Shown: one piece after another, positions 38,733-52,654 of the stretch | How positions within the stretch are numbered: position 1 is the stretch's first letter | Layout of the letters: each line of letters begins with the position of its first letter | NCBI GenBank assembly: GCA_951406725.2 | Contig: OX597829.1 | Span: 30,628,001 to 30,692,000, forward strand | Source: Octopus vulgaris | Lineage: Eukaryota | DNA length: 64,000 nucleotides | Direction of reading: 5' to 3' | Notes under the pieces: generated by a model | The model's database searches: none | What the model was told of the DNA's origin: nothing | What the model saw: only the letters and a program-made list of their open reading frames with translations | Translations under genes and position numbers: made by a program

Positions 38733-40069
38733 CATGTACATTCCTTGTATCACTGATGTCTTTGTCATAGATAAATATTAAAATGTTATGTTTTATCATG
38801 TTTATTTTGTTTTATTTTATCGACAATCTCAAGCCAACTTCTTCCTTAATGTATTTCATTTCTTTAATCTTGTTGAGAGTCTAGCTCATATTTACCAATC
38901 TTTCCTTCCCTGTTATCCACATATCAATCCTTTAACAACTTACTGTTTTAATTGTTTCAGTTCATTTTTTTTTTTTTTGATTCAAGACTTCACATTTTAT
39001 TCTGTAAAGGGATTTTTTTCCTTTTATTACTATATTAGTCTACCAAAGGCAGTTTTAGAGAAATTAACATTGCAGTATGTGAGACATTTTTGGTGGGGTC
39101 ATTGGTGGCTAATAAGCTTAAGACACATACAAGATAGACCTCGACATTTTGTTGCTGTTTTGATGTCTCATTATAATCAGAGCCTTGATTCAAGCTTTCC
39201 CAATGCATCACAGACCTTAAAATGTGTATGACTGACTTCCTCATCAAGAGTATTTAATCTAGATAGTATGCTACAAAGGTAGAGAGAGAGAGAGAAAGGA
39301 AAATTAAAATGGATGCAGTGATGGTCAGTTTGGCGAGGGAAGTAGAGGGAATAAGATTGGGTCGAGGAGGAAGAGATTATAAGGGAAAAACATGTAAATT
39401 TGAAACTGTTGTAGGATTTGTATTGAAATTGTTAATGCTCCATGATTTCCCAGGAACCAACCAAAGCTCTCAGGGAAGAATATTCATAGAATAAGATCCT
39501 TTTTCCATGTCTATATTTACAAGGGAATATGAACTGGATCAGTGAATGTTAGGTGTTTTGGCCATAAACGCAGTGCTGGACCTCTGATCCTTTCAAATTA
39601 TATTGTGACACACATTTTAAGAGCAAGTTAGCTTGTATCAACTATTACTATGGTAACCCTGTTAGATGGAACAGATACAGGATAGCGCTGTAGGCTTAGT
39701 TGTACTTAGCAAGTTGTACTGTTAGCACTTTACACCATAGCCATTTCAATTTTATGTCTAATTGAAATTAATTATTCTTTGTGAAAGAACAGTAACATTT
39801 AGAAATTAATTACTATGGCATCATTCTAGATATGACAAATGATAGTTTTGTGTCAGTGAAGATTTATATGGAATAAATCATAATGTACTACATTTTATAG
39901 ATGTCCTCCTCATCGTTGTCATTAAAATCCATCATTGTTTAACAACCATCATCTGTGCTGGTTTGGATTTGTTGCTTTAACAGGTTGTGACAAGTTGAAG
40001 GACTATGTCATGCTCCAACGTCTGCTATGCCATGGTTTCTATGAATGGGTACTCTTCCTAACACCATCC

Positions 40070-40351
40070 GGAAAGTTACCCTCCGAGGCACAAGCCTGGG
40101 CAAGGTTGTTTATGGAAGACCAGCCAGTCACCCCCATACATACCAGCCTCCCTTCTTCATGCGACCAGTGTTATCCAAAGGAAAAACAAAGGCCAATACA
40201 GGTTGGCACCAGTGGATGTTGCAATTCATTTCTACAGCTGAGTGAACTGGAGCAACATGAAATAAAGCATCTTGCTCAAGAACACAACACGCAGCCCAAT
40301 CGGGGATTCAAACTCACTACCTCATGATTGTGAACCTGACACTCTAACCAG
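40070..40351 (-). mobile_element. Family D SINE inside an RTE 3' UTR remnant
   Basis: Homologous to 25863-26204. Confidence 0.8.
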
Positions 40352-40962
40352 TAGGTGCTTTTTCATGGTACCAGCACTCGTGAGGTCACTATGTACTTTG
40401 CAAAACTAAAGAGCTGGATGGTCATATGTGTAATGGCAGGATTCTGCCCCTTGCCATAGCTCTAGAAAAATCAGAAGTGGTTCTTGGATAATTTCTATAA
40501 TTTCAGCTGCTCCAATTTCTAGCCTCCTAATTCCTCAGGTTGTAATCCCATAGGTTACTATGTATAGAGCGTGGTTGTAAAAGACACCAACCACTTGCCA
40601 AGATCAAACAGGTGATTCAAGGTCTTCCTAAAGACAGAGAAAAACACATGCACCAGATCCCAGGGCCATTTTGGGATCTGAGGGCAAGCTGAGGGCAGCT
40701 ACTTTGAGTAAACAGTTATCTCCCAGTCATAATCTAATATTAAAATAAAAGTATTTTCTTTTCCTTTTATGCAAATTGCCAAATTTAGTCTGAAAACCTT
40801 GTATACAATGGGCTACTTTCAATTTCTGTCTACCAATTCCACTCAAAGCTTTGGTATGCCTTGGGCTATGTGACACTTGCACAAGGTGCCATGCAGCAGG
40901 AATGAACATGAGACCACATGGTTGGGAAACAAGATTCTTAACCAAATAGTCACACCTGCACC

Positions 40963-41018
<56 letters not shown>

Positions 41019-41161
41019 CATCATCATCATCATCATTTAGCGTCCGCTTTCCATGCTAGCATGGGTTGAACGGTTCAACTGGGGTCTGTGAAGCCAGAAG
41101 GCTGCATCAGGCCCAGTCTGATCTGGCAGTGTTTCTACAGCTGGATGCCCTTCCTAACGCC

Positions 41162-41193
<32 letters not shown>

Positions 41194-42157
41194 ATTATTA
41201 TTTTTATCAACTGATCAATAGACCAATTGAGTAAACCTAATGTACCTATACTGACTACTGGAAACAGCTGTAAGCCAAATTTGCTCCAATAAAGGAAAAA
41301 TATGTAATGGCCATTATTTTTAATTGTTTTTTTATATATCACTCTGTAAAAATCCGTTTGTATGGAGCCCATCCACGGATTTACAATATAGAATTATTGT
41401 CATGAACCATAACCTTGGATCCTTCCTTAAGAATACCTTGGGTTTTTCATTAACCTAAATAATATTGTTAGCCTGGTGTACCAACAGAGAGCTTATAAAG
41501 CATTTCGCCTGGATTGATAATCCCTCACTATTACACTAGCTAACAGTGTTTATATATATATGTGTGTGTGTGTATGGTATCTTCCTTCCACATGACAACA
41601 ATATGTATACACCGACCAAGTGTTCCATCAGTAATGTGGGCATGTGATTACTGGCTTACATAGTGTACCTTATAGCATGTAATAAATGTATATTTTACAT
41701 TGTCTATTTCTGTGCTTTATGCCTGTGTTAAAGAACACTTTGATAGGGACATTTCTTCTCTTTGAAAACCCCTGGAGAGATGAGATGAGCCCATAGATCA
41801 CAACCACCATCAAAACTACAGAAAAAAAAATATTAGAAACCTGTAAATTTAAAAAACGCTTTTTATCTTCTTCATTACCTCTGCCTTCCCCCATCATCCT
41901 CATTATTGTTTTGATATCTACTTTTTCATGCTTGCATAAGTCAAATGGAGATCACTGAAGCAGAGATTTTGTATAGCCAGGCACCCTTCCTGTTGGCAAC
42001 CTTTCTCAGCTTTTCAAGCAAGGTAACATTTCCCTGTGGAAAGACATGTTTTCATGGAAGATTGGAAAGGGACACTATTTATTTAATGATGACAGTCATT
42101 TACAACTCTCATGCAATGCCAAACTAGGGAAACACACACACACTTCATTCAGTTTCT

Positions 42158-42388
42158 TATTTCTTTACTGCCCACAAGGGGCTGCACACAGAGAGGTCAA
42201 ACAAGGACAGACAAACGGATTAAGTCGATTATATCGACCCCAGTGCGTAACTGGTACTTATTTAATCGACCCCAAAAGGATGAAAGGCAAAGTTGACCTC
42301 GGCGGAATTTGAACTGAGAATGTAACGTCAGACAAAATACACTAAGCATTTCGCCCGGCGTGCTAACATTTCTGCCAGCTTGCTGCCT
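42158..42388 (-). mobile_element. Family B SINE nested in a family A SINE
   Basis: Homologous to 20214-20442; flanked by TTC(A/T)TTCAGTTTCT. Confidence 0.8.
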
Positions 42389-44291
42389 TCTTTCAGTTTC
42401 TGTCTACTGAACCCACTCTCAAGGTTTTGCTCAGCTCAGGGCAATAGTAGAAGACAGCCTGTGTAAGATGTCATGCAATGGAACTGAATCTAATACCATA
42501 TGGCTGGGAAGCACACTTCTTAACCACACAGCTGATTGATAATCACAGCTTATTAAAAAAAAAACCCCAATTAAAGTGCGCCAACAACAAAAGGCAAGAG
42601 TCGTATGATGTTAATTGACCAGTATATGCTATCAACACCTGTACATGAACAACACCGTCATATGTCCTTGTATATTTATGTATCAATTGGAGCTAAGTTT
42701 GTTCACCATTTGCATACAGAGTTGTGTTAAGATATGGTTTTTGCTCTGCACATGTGACAAGTACAGAGGATTAGCAACAGAATGTACATCATTTCTTATA
42801 ATATCTCACTGTTTTGTAAAACTGAAGGCTTATGATTTTGTAAGAAATTACTTGTAATTATTTTGTTGTATTCAAAATAATCAATACTGGTACATGTATG
42901 GTACTTTTGGACATTTTCCCCAAGAGAAAAAGCAAACTTGACAGACTTACTCCAGTAATTTCTTTGACAATATTCTCATGCAGTATTTTTCATAGCTTAT
43001 TATTTCTGGACATCATCATCATATGGTCATGTTCCATGCTGGCATGGGTTGGATGGTCTCAAAGACTGCATCATGCTCTACTGTTTATTTTGGCTTGGTT
43101 TCTAAGGCAGAATGTCTTTCATAATGCTTTATAGCATGTACTAGGCACTTTTCTTTTTTTTTTTTGTGCTTGCAGTACTAATGAGACCATTATGCAGTTG
43201 GTTTATAATTATGATGCAGTGAACAATAGTAGTATTGGTTATAGGTTTCTTCTGAATTTCTTATAGTGGTTGTAAGTCTATGTATTTAAAGTGACTCCTT
43301 TCCTAAAGTGTCATGTTTTTGCTTTGCTCTCTGGTGTTTACATCCTTAGCCAATACACACTGGGAAAGTACACACATGCATACATGCACTCGCACACAAT
43401 TGTATGCAGCTTTGTGTGTGTGCATACATGCATGCATATATATGTGTTATATGTATGTGTGTGTGTGTGTGTTATTAACATCTGTTTTCCAAGCTGACAT
43501 GTGTTGGATGGTTTAGCTGAAAAGTGGTAATCTGATCTGACATGGTTTCTATAGCTGGGAACCTACTATTACCACTGAATAGTTGTGAATACATTTGCAT
43601 GAAACCTTTGGTGTCATATTGACAGCATTCTGCTATTAAAAGAAAATATATATGCACGCAAAGGGCTTCTGCACAATTTCCATTTGCCAAATTCCACTCA
43701 CAAGATAATGGTCAAGCTGAGGCTATGGTAAAAAAAAACTAGCCCAAGTTGCTGTGCAGTTGGTTTGAAATGAAAGCCTTATTGTTGTAAAGCAGGTTTT
43801 TCAACTTAACAACCGTGGCTGGTAAAAAGAAAGTCTGGAAATTGCATCATTCTGTTATTATGAATGACTTTTGTGTTGAGAATATTTTTCCAATACTATC
43901 GGACTCAACGTTTGGCTAAATTGATTAGTTGTATACAACTTAGCAAATTCCCTCAGTAACTCATTCTAGTTCTGTGTGTCCTGTTTCTAAAGTTTAATTG
44001 CTTCTTAAATAATTTATGTGATGGCCCACTTTTAGAAATAACGTTGATACTTGAACTATTGTTTGTGCTAATTTTTAGATGGCATCTGCAGTACAATTTG
44101 TGTTTACAGTTACAAATCTTCCTCCCTCTCTGCTTCCCTTCCCCCTCTCTCCCCCTCTTTCTCTCTCTAAACTAGTATTTGTTAGGCTTCTGTTTCAGCT
44201 CACTTGTCAAAAAAATCTGAACTTCATTGGCAGTGAATAAAGTTTTTCTATGATAAAGAGATCTCTTGCTCTGATAGAATCCAGGATATTG

Positions 44292-44338
<47 letters not shown>

Positions 44339-44483
44339 CTTATCCATACATGCATACACACTCACAGACACACATGATCAGAGTTTAAATTTGTACCATT
44401 TCCAGTGGTACAGGTCATTTAAACTTTGGTCATCTCAGACTGAGTGAAGAAGATAGATAATTGGTTACAGAAGGGATTAAGAA

Positions 44484-45044
44484 CAGTGGTTCCCAAACTA
44501 TGAGTTGCAACCCACAGATGGGTCGCAAACGGAATCTTAGTGGGTCGCAAAAAGTTATAAAATTATGTATTAGCTTTGATTAACTGCTGTCTATCGAGAT
44601 AGTTCAAGACTTATGTTTTCAATACCAGACTTGTTGTTTTATCAAGCAGTAGGCTTTTTCACGAACTTAACAAACCAGAGGTTGTCATTTTCTCAAGTTA
44701 TTTATTCATACGTAATCGTAAAAAGGAAAGGTCTGTTTTTACCTATTTATAGAGAACTTTAATTAGGCGAAGTATAACACTGATTGAGCCGATAACAGTT
44801 ACTAGTTCAAGGTTTTGTATTAGTGTTAGTATTTACACATAGGGTTTAGAAACAGTTATAAAACGTTTTGTTTCACATTTAATATAAATAGCAAAAAATT
44901 TTAATACATAAGACATTATGGATTTCACTAGTACGTTTATAAATTATTTAAAAAGTATAGGAGTGATCAGTAAAGTTAAGTGGGTCGTCATAAACTGGTG
45001 TGATAAATAGTGGGTCGCGACTCTAAAAAGTTTGGGAACCACTG
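44484..45044. mobile_element. hAT-type MITE
   Basis: TIRs CAGTGGTTCCCAAACT / AGTTTGGGAACCACTG; ~8-bp TSD GATTA(A)GAA; subterminal GGGTCGC repeats. Confidence 0.85.
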
Positions 45045-46849
45045 GATTAGAATGTTTCTTGTTGTAGGTTACACTGTCTTCATTGCTGAGCATTTTTAAA
45101 GTATAATGTAAGACCCAATCAAGGAGACTTATAACCAAAGCTATACTAAACAATCCAGTGGCTTTTGTTTTTTGTTCAAACATTGTGTATCTGCAACAAT
45201 GAACCAATCAATGTGTCCTTTTTGAAGATAGTAACGGTATGATTTGAAGGAGCTTTGGCTCCTATTCCTAGCAGGCCCATGTCTCACTATAAGGTAACAT
45301 TGCTGTTTGTACGCATGCATCATACAATCTTCCTTTCACTCGGAGAGAGAGAGACCTTTAGTTGCCAACAGAGGTAAAAGCTCTCTGAATTTCCTCACAC
45401 ACACATGCTACAACACTGATTGGAATGGTCATATAAAGAATGGCCATGCTTATTTATGACTGGCAAATAACACAATCATTTTGTAAAAGTGTGCCTTTTG
45501 AAATTATACCAATGTATCAGAAAGATGATTTGAGAGAAAAAAAAAAGATGACCATTTTTTTTTCTTCTTGAAATTCAATTGAATTCTAGCTTAAAGAACC
45601 ACAGGCATTTTCTTTTCTCCATCCCCATCACTCCATTTAATATTTAACATTTTTTTTTTATTGCATCAATAGAAATGAAGATGCTTAGAAATTTATGATT
45701 GTATTTTGATGGCTCAGTTTCAGGTATGTTTTAATAGTATTGTAGCAGTCTTTTGTACATTTAGCCAGAAATAGACAATGAGATGATAAACTATAGGAGG
45801 GAGGGCTTCAATGAAGAAGAATCATTTTCAAGTGATTGGTTCTCCCTTATCAGATACATAGTCTGGAGTATCAAAGTGCTTCTGATTGCTTTATATTGAT
45901 TTCATTTTTATCTCTTTCTTGTTTTTTGTCCCCCTCTTCTCCTTCTCTCTCTCTCTCATACTCTCTCTTTTCTATCTGTCTTACTCCCTCTCTTTCTTTT
46001 CACATGTATCTTGCATCTGTAGACACATAAAAAACAAATTCAGGAGGCCTTACCTACCTCTTCCACCCAACCCGATCTGTTGTGTGACAGAAAAATCTTT
46101 TGTGGGATGTGGAGTTGTATCAAAATAACGAAGTCCTCTTGGTTAATGACACAGCTTAATAATAGACTAGCATACACATTTTTCTAGAGAATTACGGAGG
46201 CTAAATTTGATTGGGTTTTGGTCTTGCTGAGTGTTTGCATGTCATTTACATAGCTATTTAATAGTTGATTAATTAACTCCTCCCCTTCCCCGACCTGCCC
46301 CACTCCACACCCTGGGCGCTTGAGGTGAGTCAACTAAGTCAAGAAAGACTAAGAGTGCTATTAAATATCTACCTTTTCACTACAGTTAGGTTCCCTCTGC
46401 AAAACTTCATACTTTTTTCATTGCTTGCTCTCTCTCTCTCTCCCTCACTCCCTCCCCTCTGCTACTCTTTCTTCCTTCTCCCTTCTACTCATCTCCTTCT
46501 TTGAATGTGTGTATGTATGTTTGTATGATAGTTATGTGTGTATGTATATACATATCCTCACATGCATATACAAACAACTCAAGAACTTCATTTATATTTT
46601 TGTTTGTTAAATTCATGCAAAAGATTGTCCTACCCCATTCTGAAATTCTGTGTGTGTGTGTGAAAGGGAGAGACACTAATTTTTCTCAAAATTCCGTGGC
46701 CACAAAAGATCCTTAATATCCACTGAGATTGAAGCCCATTCAAATTTGGGAATGAAACCATGGTATGGATTATGATGGCGGTAGATCTCTGTTGGTTTTT
46801 TGAAGAGGATTCATTTGTTTAATAATCTGATAGGAATTCTCTACATATC

Positions 46850-47725
46850 AAGCAGCACCATTTCCCTGATAGAAGCAGAGTCTTGTCTGTTTTCTTACTG
46901 ACCAAAACTTAGGTCTTTGCTAAGTTAACTTTGAGGTCCTTTTATTTGGGGTTCTGCTTCTGCATCTGGAATTCCTTTTCTAATTTATTTTCTAATTTAT
47001 TTTCTAAATCTAATATAGATTTAGCTATAAAAATGAGGTCGGCAACATATAGCAGTTACCACAATCTTTAGCTCTTCTGTTATGGCCTGAAGGATTATGA
47101 ATGAATATAAACCTCATGGAAGTGATGACAAATGATCGAGACCTTTGGTGATATGCTGTACTTGAGGAGACTCATTAAGCCAAGTGAAACTATAGTTGTG
47201 GCCATTTCTGGTGTCTTGTAAATGAATTGTAATCATGCCCTTGCCGGTAGCATGATCTTTGAATGTTAGGCCTCATGGAGGCGATGACAAATGATCAAGA
47301 CCTTTGGCAATATGCTGTGCTTGAGAAGACTCATTAAGCCAAGTGAAATCGTAGTTGTGGCTGTTACCGATGCCATTTAAGTGGTACCTGTGAAACCATA
47401 GTTGTGGCCATTGCCGGTAGCACAATCTTGTAACGTTGGGCCTCACGGAGTCGATAAGTAACTGAGACCTTTGGTGGTATGCTGTGCTTAAGAAGACATG
47501 TCAAGCTTAATGAAATTGTAGTTGTGGCTGTTGCCGGTGCCATCTAAATAGCACCTAAAAAGCACCCATTACACTCTTGGAGTGGCTGGCATTAGGAAGG
47601 GCATCCAGCTGTAGTAACCATGCTAAATCAGACTGGGACCTGGTACAGCTCTCCAGCTTAACAGTTCCAGGGAAACTGTCTAATCCATTCCAGCATGGAA
47701 AGTGGATATTAGATGAAGATGATTA
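46850..47725. mobile_element. RTE fragments: minus-strand RT piece and plus-strand 3' end with tandem units
   Basis: Three GCCTCATGGAG...GAGACCTTTGG...ATGCTGT.CTT.AG units, then GGAAGGGCATCCAGCTGTAG and a GAT tail. Confidence 0.7.
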
Positions 47726-48289
47726 TGCAGAGGCGAAGCAGGAGGAGCAAACTAAGAACCAAGTCCTGCATATTAAATTCATTACTATACAACCTTTATT
47801 GACAGCATCTCAATACACTATTTGAGTGGCTCTCACAAGCCATTTGTCTATCCTGGACTTTCTTTGGTCAGCACCAGATCACAGAGGGAAGAATCTTGTT
47901 TGAGATTTTCAAGTGAGCACAGAGGTTCACTTTTAAGCAGGTTCTGTAATTGCATCACAAAGGCAGAGGGTATCTGTAATACTTGCCCCTGGCACAAAAC
48001 CAAAGTTTATCTCATCTGATTTTAACTCTTTCTCTAATTAATCATGCTATAACTTTTCTCTTATTAATCAAATTACAACTCTTTCTGTAACTTCCATGAC
48101 CTGCCCTAGCAATTTTATATTATATTTATAAATGTATATTGACCAAGATTTCTCTGGTTGTATGTGTCGGATGACAAAAGATGCCACTGAAGGGTATGTA
48201 GGTTCAATCAACTTGCGTTAGCTTGAACACCCTAGGGCTAAAATATTGAGGGTACTGTTGTAGCGGCATGTTTGTAACTGTACAAATAT

Positions 48290-48337
48290 GTATACACACA
48301 CACAACACATGTGTATGTATACATATACACACATATA

Positions 48338-48387
<50 letters not shown>

Positions 48388-48631
48388 AGTGTGTGTGTGT
48401 ATGTTTGTATGTGAGTGTGTGTGTGTATGTTTGTATGTATGTGTGTGTGTATGTATGTGTATGCATATGTGTGTGCATATGTGTGTATATATATATATAT
48501 GTGTGTGTCTATATATATATATATATGTGTGTGTGTATATATATATATGTGTGTGTGTATATATATGTGTGTGTGTGTGTGTATATATATGTGTGTGTGT
48601 GTGTGTATATATATGTGTGTGTGTGTGTGTG

Positions 48632-48678
<47 letters not shown>

Positions 48679-48710
48679 GTGTGTGTGTATATATATGTGT
48701 GTGTGTGTGT

Positions 48711-48773
<63 letters not shown>

Positions 48774-49247
48774 TATATATATATATGTGTGTGTGTGTAT
48801 GTATATCTATGTGTGTATATATATATGTGTGTGTGTATATATATATATATGTGTGTGTGTATATATATATATATGTGTGTGTGTGTATGTATATCTATGT
48901 GTGTATATATATGTATGTGTGTATATATATATGTATGTGTGTATGTACATATATATATATATATATATATATAGTGAATGGGGAAAGCTAGGTCTGCAAT
49001 GTTTGCAGTCGTGTATGCTTGTCAAGAGCAGGGCTCATTAGCCACCAACGGAGCCGCAAATGCAAAATATAAGTTAGTCCTCGAGCGCACAATGTTCCTG
49101 AAGGTCGGCAATGGTCTTCCTCAGTCATGAGTGGACGGCCATCATCATCATCTATATATGTATATGCATATATATGTGTATATATATATATATATGTATA
49201 TGTATGTATATATATATATATGTATGTATATATATATATGTATGTAT

Positions 49248-49278
<31 letters not shown>

Positions 49279-49462
49279 TGTATATATATATATGTATGTA
49301 TATATATATATGTATGTATATATATACATGTATGTATGTATATATGTATGTATGTATATATATATATGTATGTATATATATGTATATGTATGTATATATA
49401 TATGTATGTATATACATATATATATGTATGTATATATATATGTATGTATATATATATGTATG

Positions 49463-49502
<40 letters not shown>

Positions 49503-49596
49503 TATGTATATGTATGCATATATATGTATATGTATGCATATATATGTATATGTATGTATATATATATATATGTATGCATATATATGTATATGTATG

Positions 49597-49629
<33 letters not shown>

Positions 49630-49731
49630 GTATATATATGTATGTATATATGTATGTATGTATGTATATATATGTATGTATGTATATATATGTATTATGT
49701 ATATATGTATGTATGTATATATGTATGTATG

Positions 49732-49780
<49 letters not shown>

Positions 49781-49795
49781 ATGTATGTATGTATG

Positions 49796-49827
<32 letters not shown>

Positions 49828-49981
49828 TGTATGTATGTATGTATGTATATATATATGTATGTATATATATATGTATGTATATATATATGTATGTATATAT
49901 ATATGTATATATATATATATGTGTATATGAATACGTGTGTGTACGTATATGTGTATACGTGTGTGTGTATATGAGTATGTA

Positions 49982-50039
<58 letters not shown>

Positions 50040-50040
50040 T
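48290..50040. repeat. Compound (TG)n/(TA)n/(TATG)n microsatellite with embedded RTE 3' end
   Basis: Seen directly. Confidence 0.9.
48975..49151 (+). mobile_element. RTE (BovB-type) extreme 3' end with C2H2 zinc knuckle
   Basis: [26 protein letters not shown] then a short UTR and (CAT)n. Confidence 0.7.
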
Positions 50041-50487
50041 GCATGTAGTAGCTGAATAGTCCATTATTGCCCGGCAATATTTACAGTAGAATGTCTTATA
50101 TAAATTTTTGTTTGTTCCATGTCAGACCATGCCTTCCATGACAGATAAGATTCTTGGTCAGCACAAATTTGTGTAATTTTTCACAAAAATATCTTCATTG
50201 TGGATTTTTCCTTTTTAAATTATTTACATGTCTGTTCGACCGTTTCACATGATTTTATTCATTAAAACTTATTAAAACTTAGGAAGTTCTTACAATATTG
50301 TTCATCATAATGCTTTGATTTCATTTGTTTAATAAAAATATCCTTCTCATAATGATTTTGCTTTCACTTTGTGGAAATTCTAGCAGAAAATGCCAGCTTC
50401 CAAATCTTGGTTTCTGATTAGGTAAAATTGATTAAACTTTAATACTTCATACAATTTTTCTGCAATCTTTCTGGAATATATTTGTAC

Positions 50488-50546
<59 letters not shown>

Positions 50547-50652
50547 TATATGCTGAAATGGTGCTTTTTACGTGCCATCTGCACATGAGCCAGTCCAATG
50601 GCACTGGCAATGACCACACTCATATTTATATGTATATAGTGTATATATATAT

Positions 50653-51963
50653 ACTCTTTTACTCTTTTACTCTTTTACTTGTTTCAGCCATCCGGCTGAG
50701 GCCATGCTGGGGCACCGCCCTTGTTGCTACCCTCTCTAAGTCCAGTTTGCCGTGGCTGGCCACTGATCTAAGAGAGAGTTTGTAGCTGCTGCCCTTAGGT
50801 TACCTTCGTACCTTGCAGTGGGTTCATCTGGGATCCCGGAAAGCAGCTTGTCTAGATGTTTTTTGAAAATGTCCACATCCGCATCATGTAGATCTCTTAG
50901 TTTTCTTGGCAGTTTGTTGAAAAGCTGAGGGCCCCTGAACCCCAGGCTATTACAGTATCTGCTCCTTACCCTGGATGTGGAAGACGGGACCTTTGGCACC
51001 ACACAGTGACGTCCTGTACGGGGATTGGAACAGCTCTCAATTCCAAAATTTGGTGCTAGTCCCTCCAGGATTTTCCATATGTATATCACTGCATATCTCT
51101 CTCGTCTTCATTCCAAGGAGTACAAATTGAGTTCCCTAAGCCTCTCCCAATAGTTCTTTTCTTTCATGGTGGAAATCCTCTTGGTGAAATGTCTTTGGAT
51201 TGTCTCAAGCTCTGTGGTTAGTTTGACACTATGCGGTGACCACAGTTGGGAGCAGTAGTCCAGGCGGCTTAGGACAAATGTCCTCCATAGTGTCAACATG
51301 GTCTCGCAGTCTCTTGTCCGGAATGTCCTCAGGATCCAGCCAGTGAGTCGTCTGCACATTGTCGCCACCTTCGCGATGTGTGAAGAAAAAGATGCATCGT
51401 CACTCATGTCTATCCCCAGGTCCCGTATTGATTTCGATACTGGGATTTCGATCCCTCCTGGACCAGTATAGTTGTGTTGTAATGTATATGTGTTTACAGC
51501 TTGATATTGTAAGGCTTGAAATTTACCAGCATTAAATTGCATGTTGTTGTCTTCAGCCCATTTGTATATGGCATCCAGATCTTGTTGTAAAAGGTCAGCA
51601 TCAGCTGGGTTTTTGATTGCCTGTGCTACCTTTGTGTCATCAGCATAGCTAGTGAGGGATGTTGTTTGTGCTACCAAGGGCATGTCAGAGAGCGCCACCA
51701 AAAACAACAAGGGTCCCAAGACTGTGCCCTGTGGCACCCCGCTTGCTATTGGTGTCTTTCCCGAGAGGGCTCCATTGGCTGCAACCATCTGGCTTCTGTC
51801 CTTCAGGAAGTCATGTATCCACTCACCTACTTTTCCTGTTATGCTGAGTCTGAGTAATTTGTGACATATCACTCCGTGGTCGACTTTGTCAAAGGCCTTC
51901 GCAAAGTCGAGATATACCACATCCACCTGTCAGCGATCCAGTAGTTGTTTCAGTACCCAGTCG
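50653..51963 (-). mobile_element. Young 5'-truncated CR1/L2-group LINE
   Basis: DVVYLDFAKAFDKVDH, SGVPQGTVLGPLLF, YADDTK; only one in-frame stop (likely CGA>TGA at 51108-51110); tail GGCTGAAACAAG(TAAAAGAG)n. Confidence 0.92.
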
Positions 51964-51996
<33 letters not shown>

Positions 51997-52002
51997 TTGG
52001 AT

Positions 52003-52066
<64 letters not shown>

Positions 52067-52175
52067 CACACACACACATATATATGCTGAAATGGTGCTT
52101 TTTACGTGCCATCTGCACATGAGCCAGTCCAATGGCACTGGCAATGACCACACTCATATTTATATGTATATAGTG

Positions 52176-52210
<35 letters not shown>

Positions 52211-52216
52211 TTGGAT

Positions 52217-52250
<34 letters not shown>

Positions 52251-52364
52251 TTTGATCATGTGCCACATATCAGAGGTGGATTCACATATTAGTAGCTCAT
52301 TCAGCAGTGGTGCCCCAGCAAGGCCGCAGCCTTCGGGCTAAAACATTTTAAAGGATTTAAGGAT

Positions 52365-52413
<49 letters not shown>

Positions 52414-52470
52414 CTATATTTGTTCCACGTCCTCGCGTTGTTGTGTTTTTTTGTGCTTTCTTGTTTGGAT

Positions 52471-52514
<44 letters not shown>

Positions 52515-52601
52515 TGTTTGCATTTGTGTGTATGTATATAGGTATATAGGTGTATGTATATGTGTATGTATATATGTGCATATATATATGTTTATATATA
52601 C

Positions 52602-52643
<42 letters not shown>

Positions 52644-52654
52644 GTGTGCCATCC

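Noticed and set aside
48218-50077. ORFs of 200-358 aa rich in Y/I/V/C/H/T
   Set aside because: Microsatellite artefacts.
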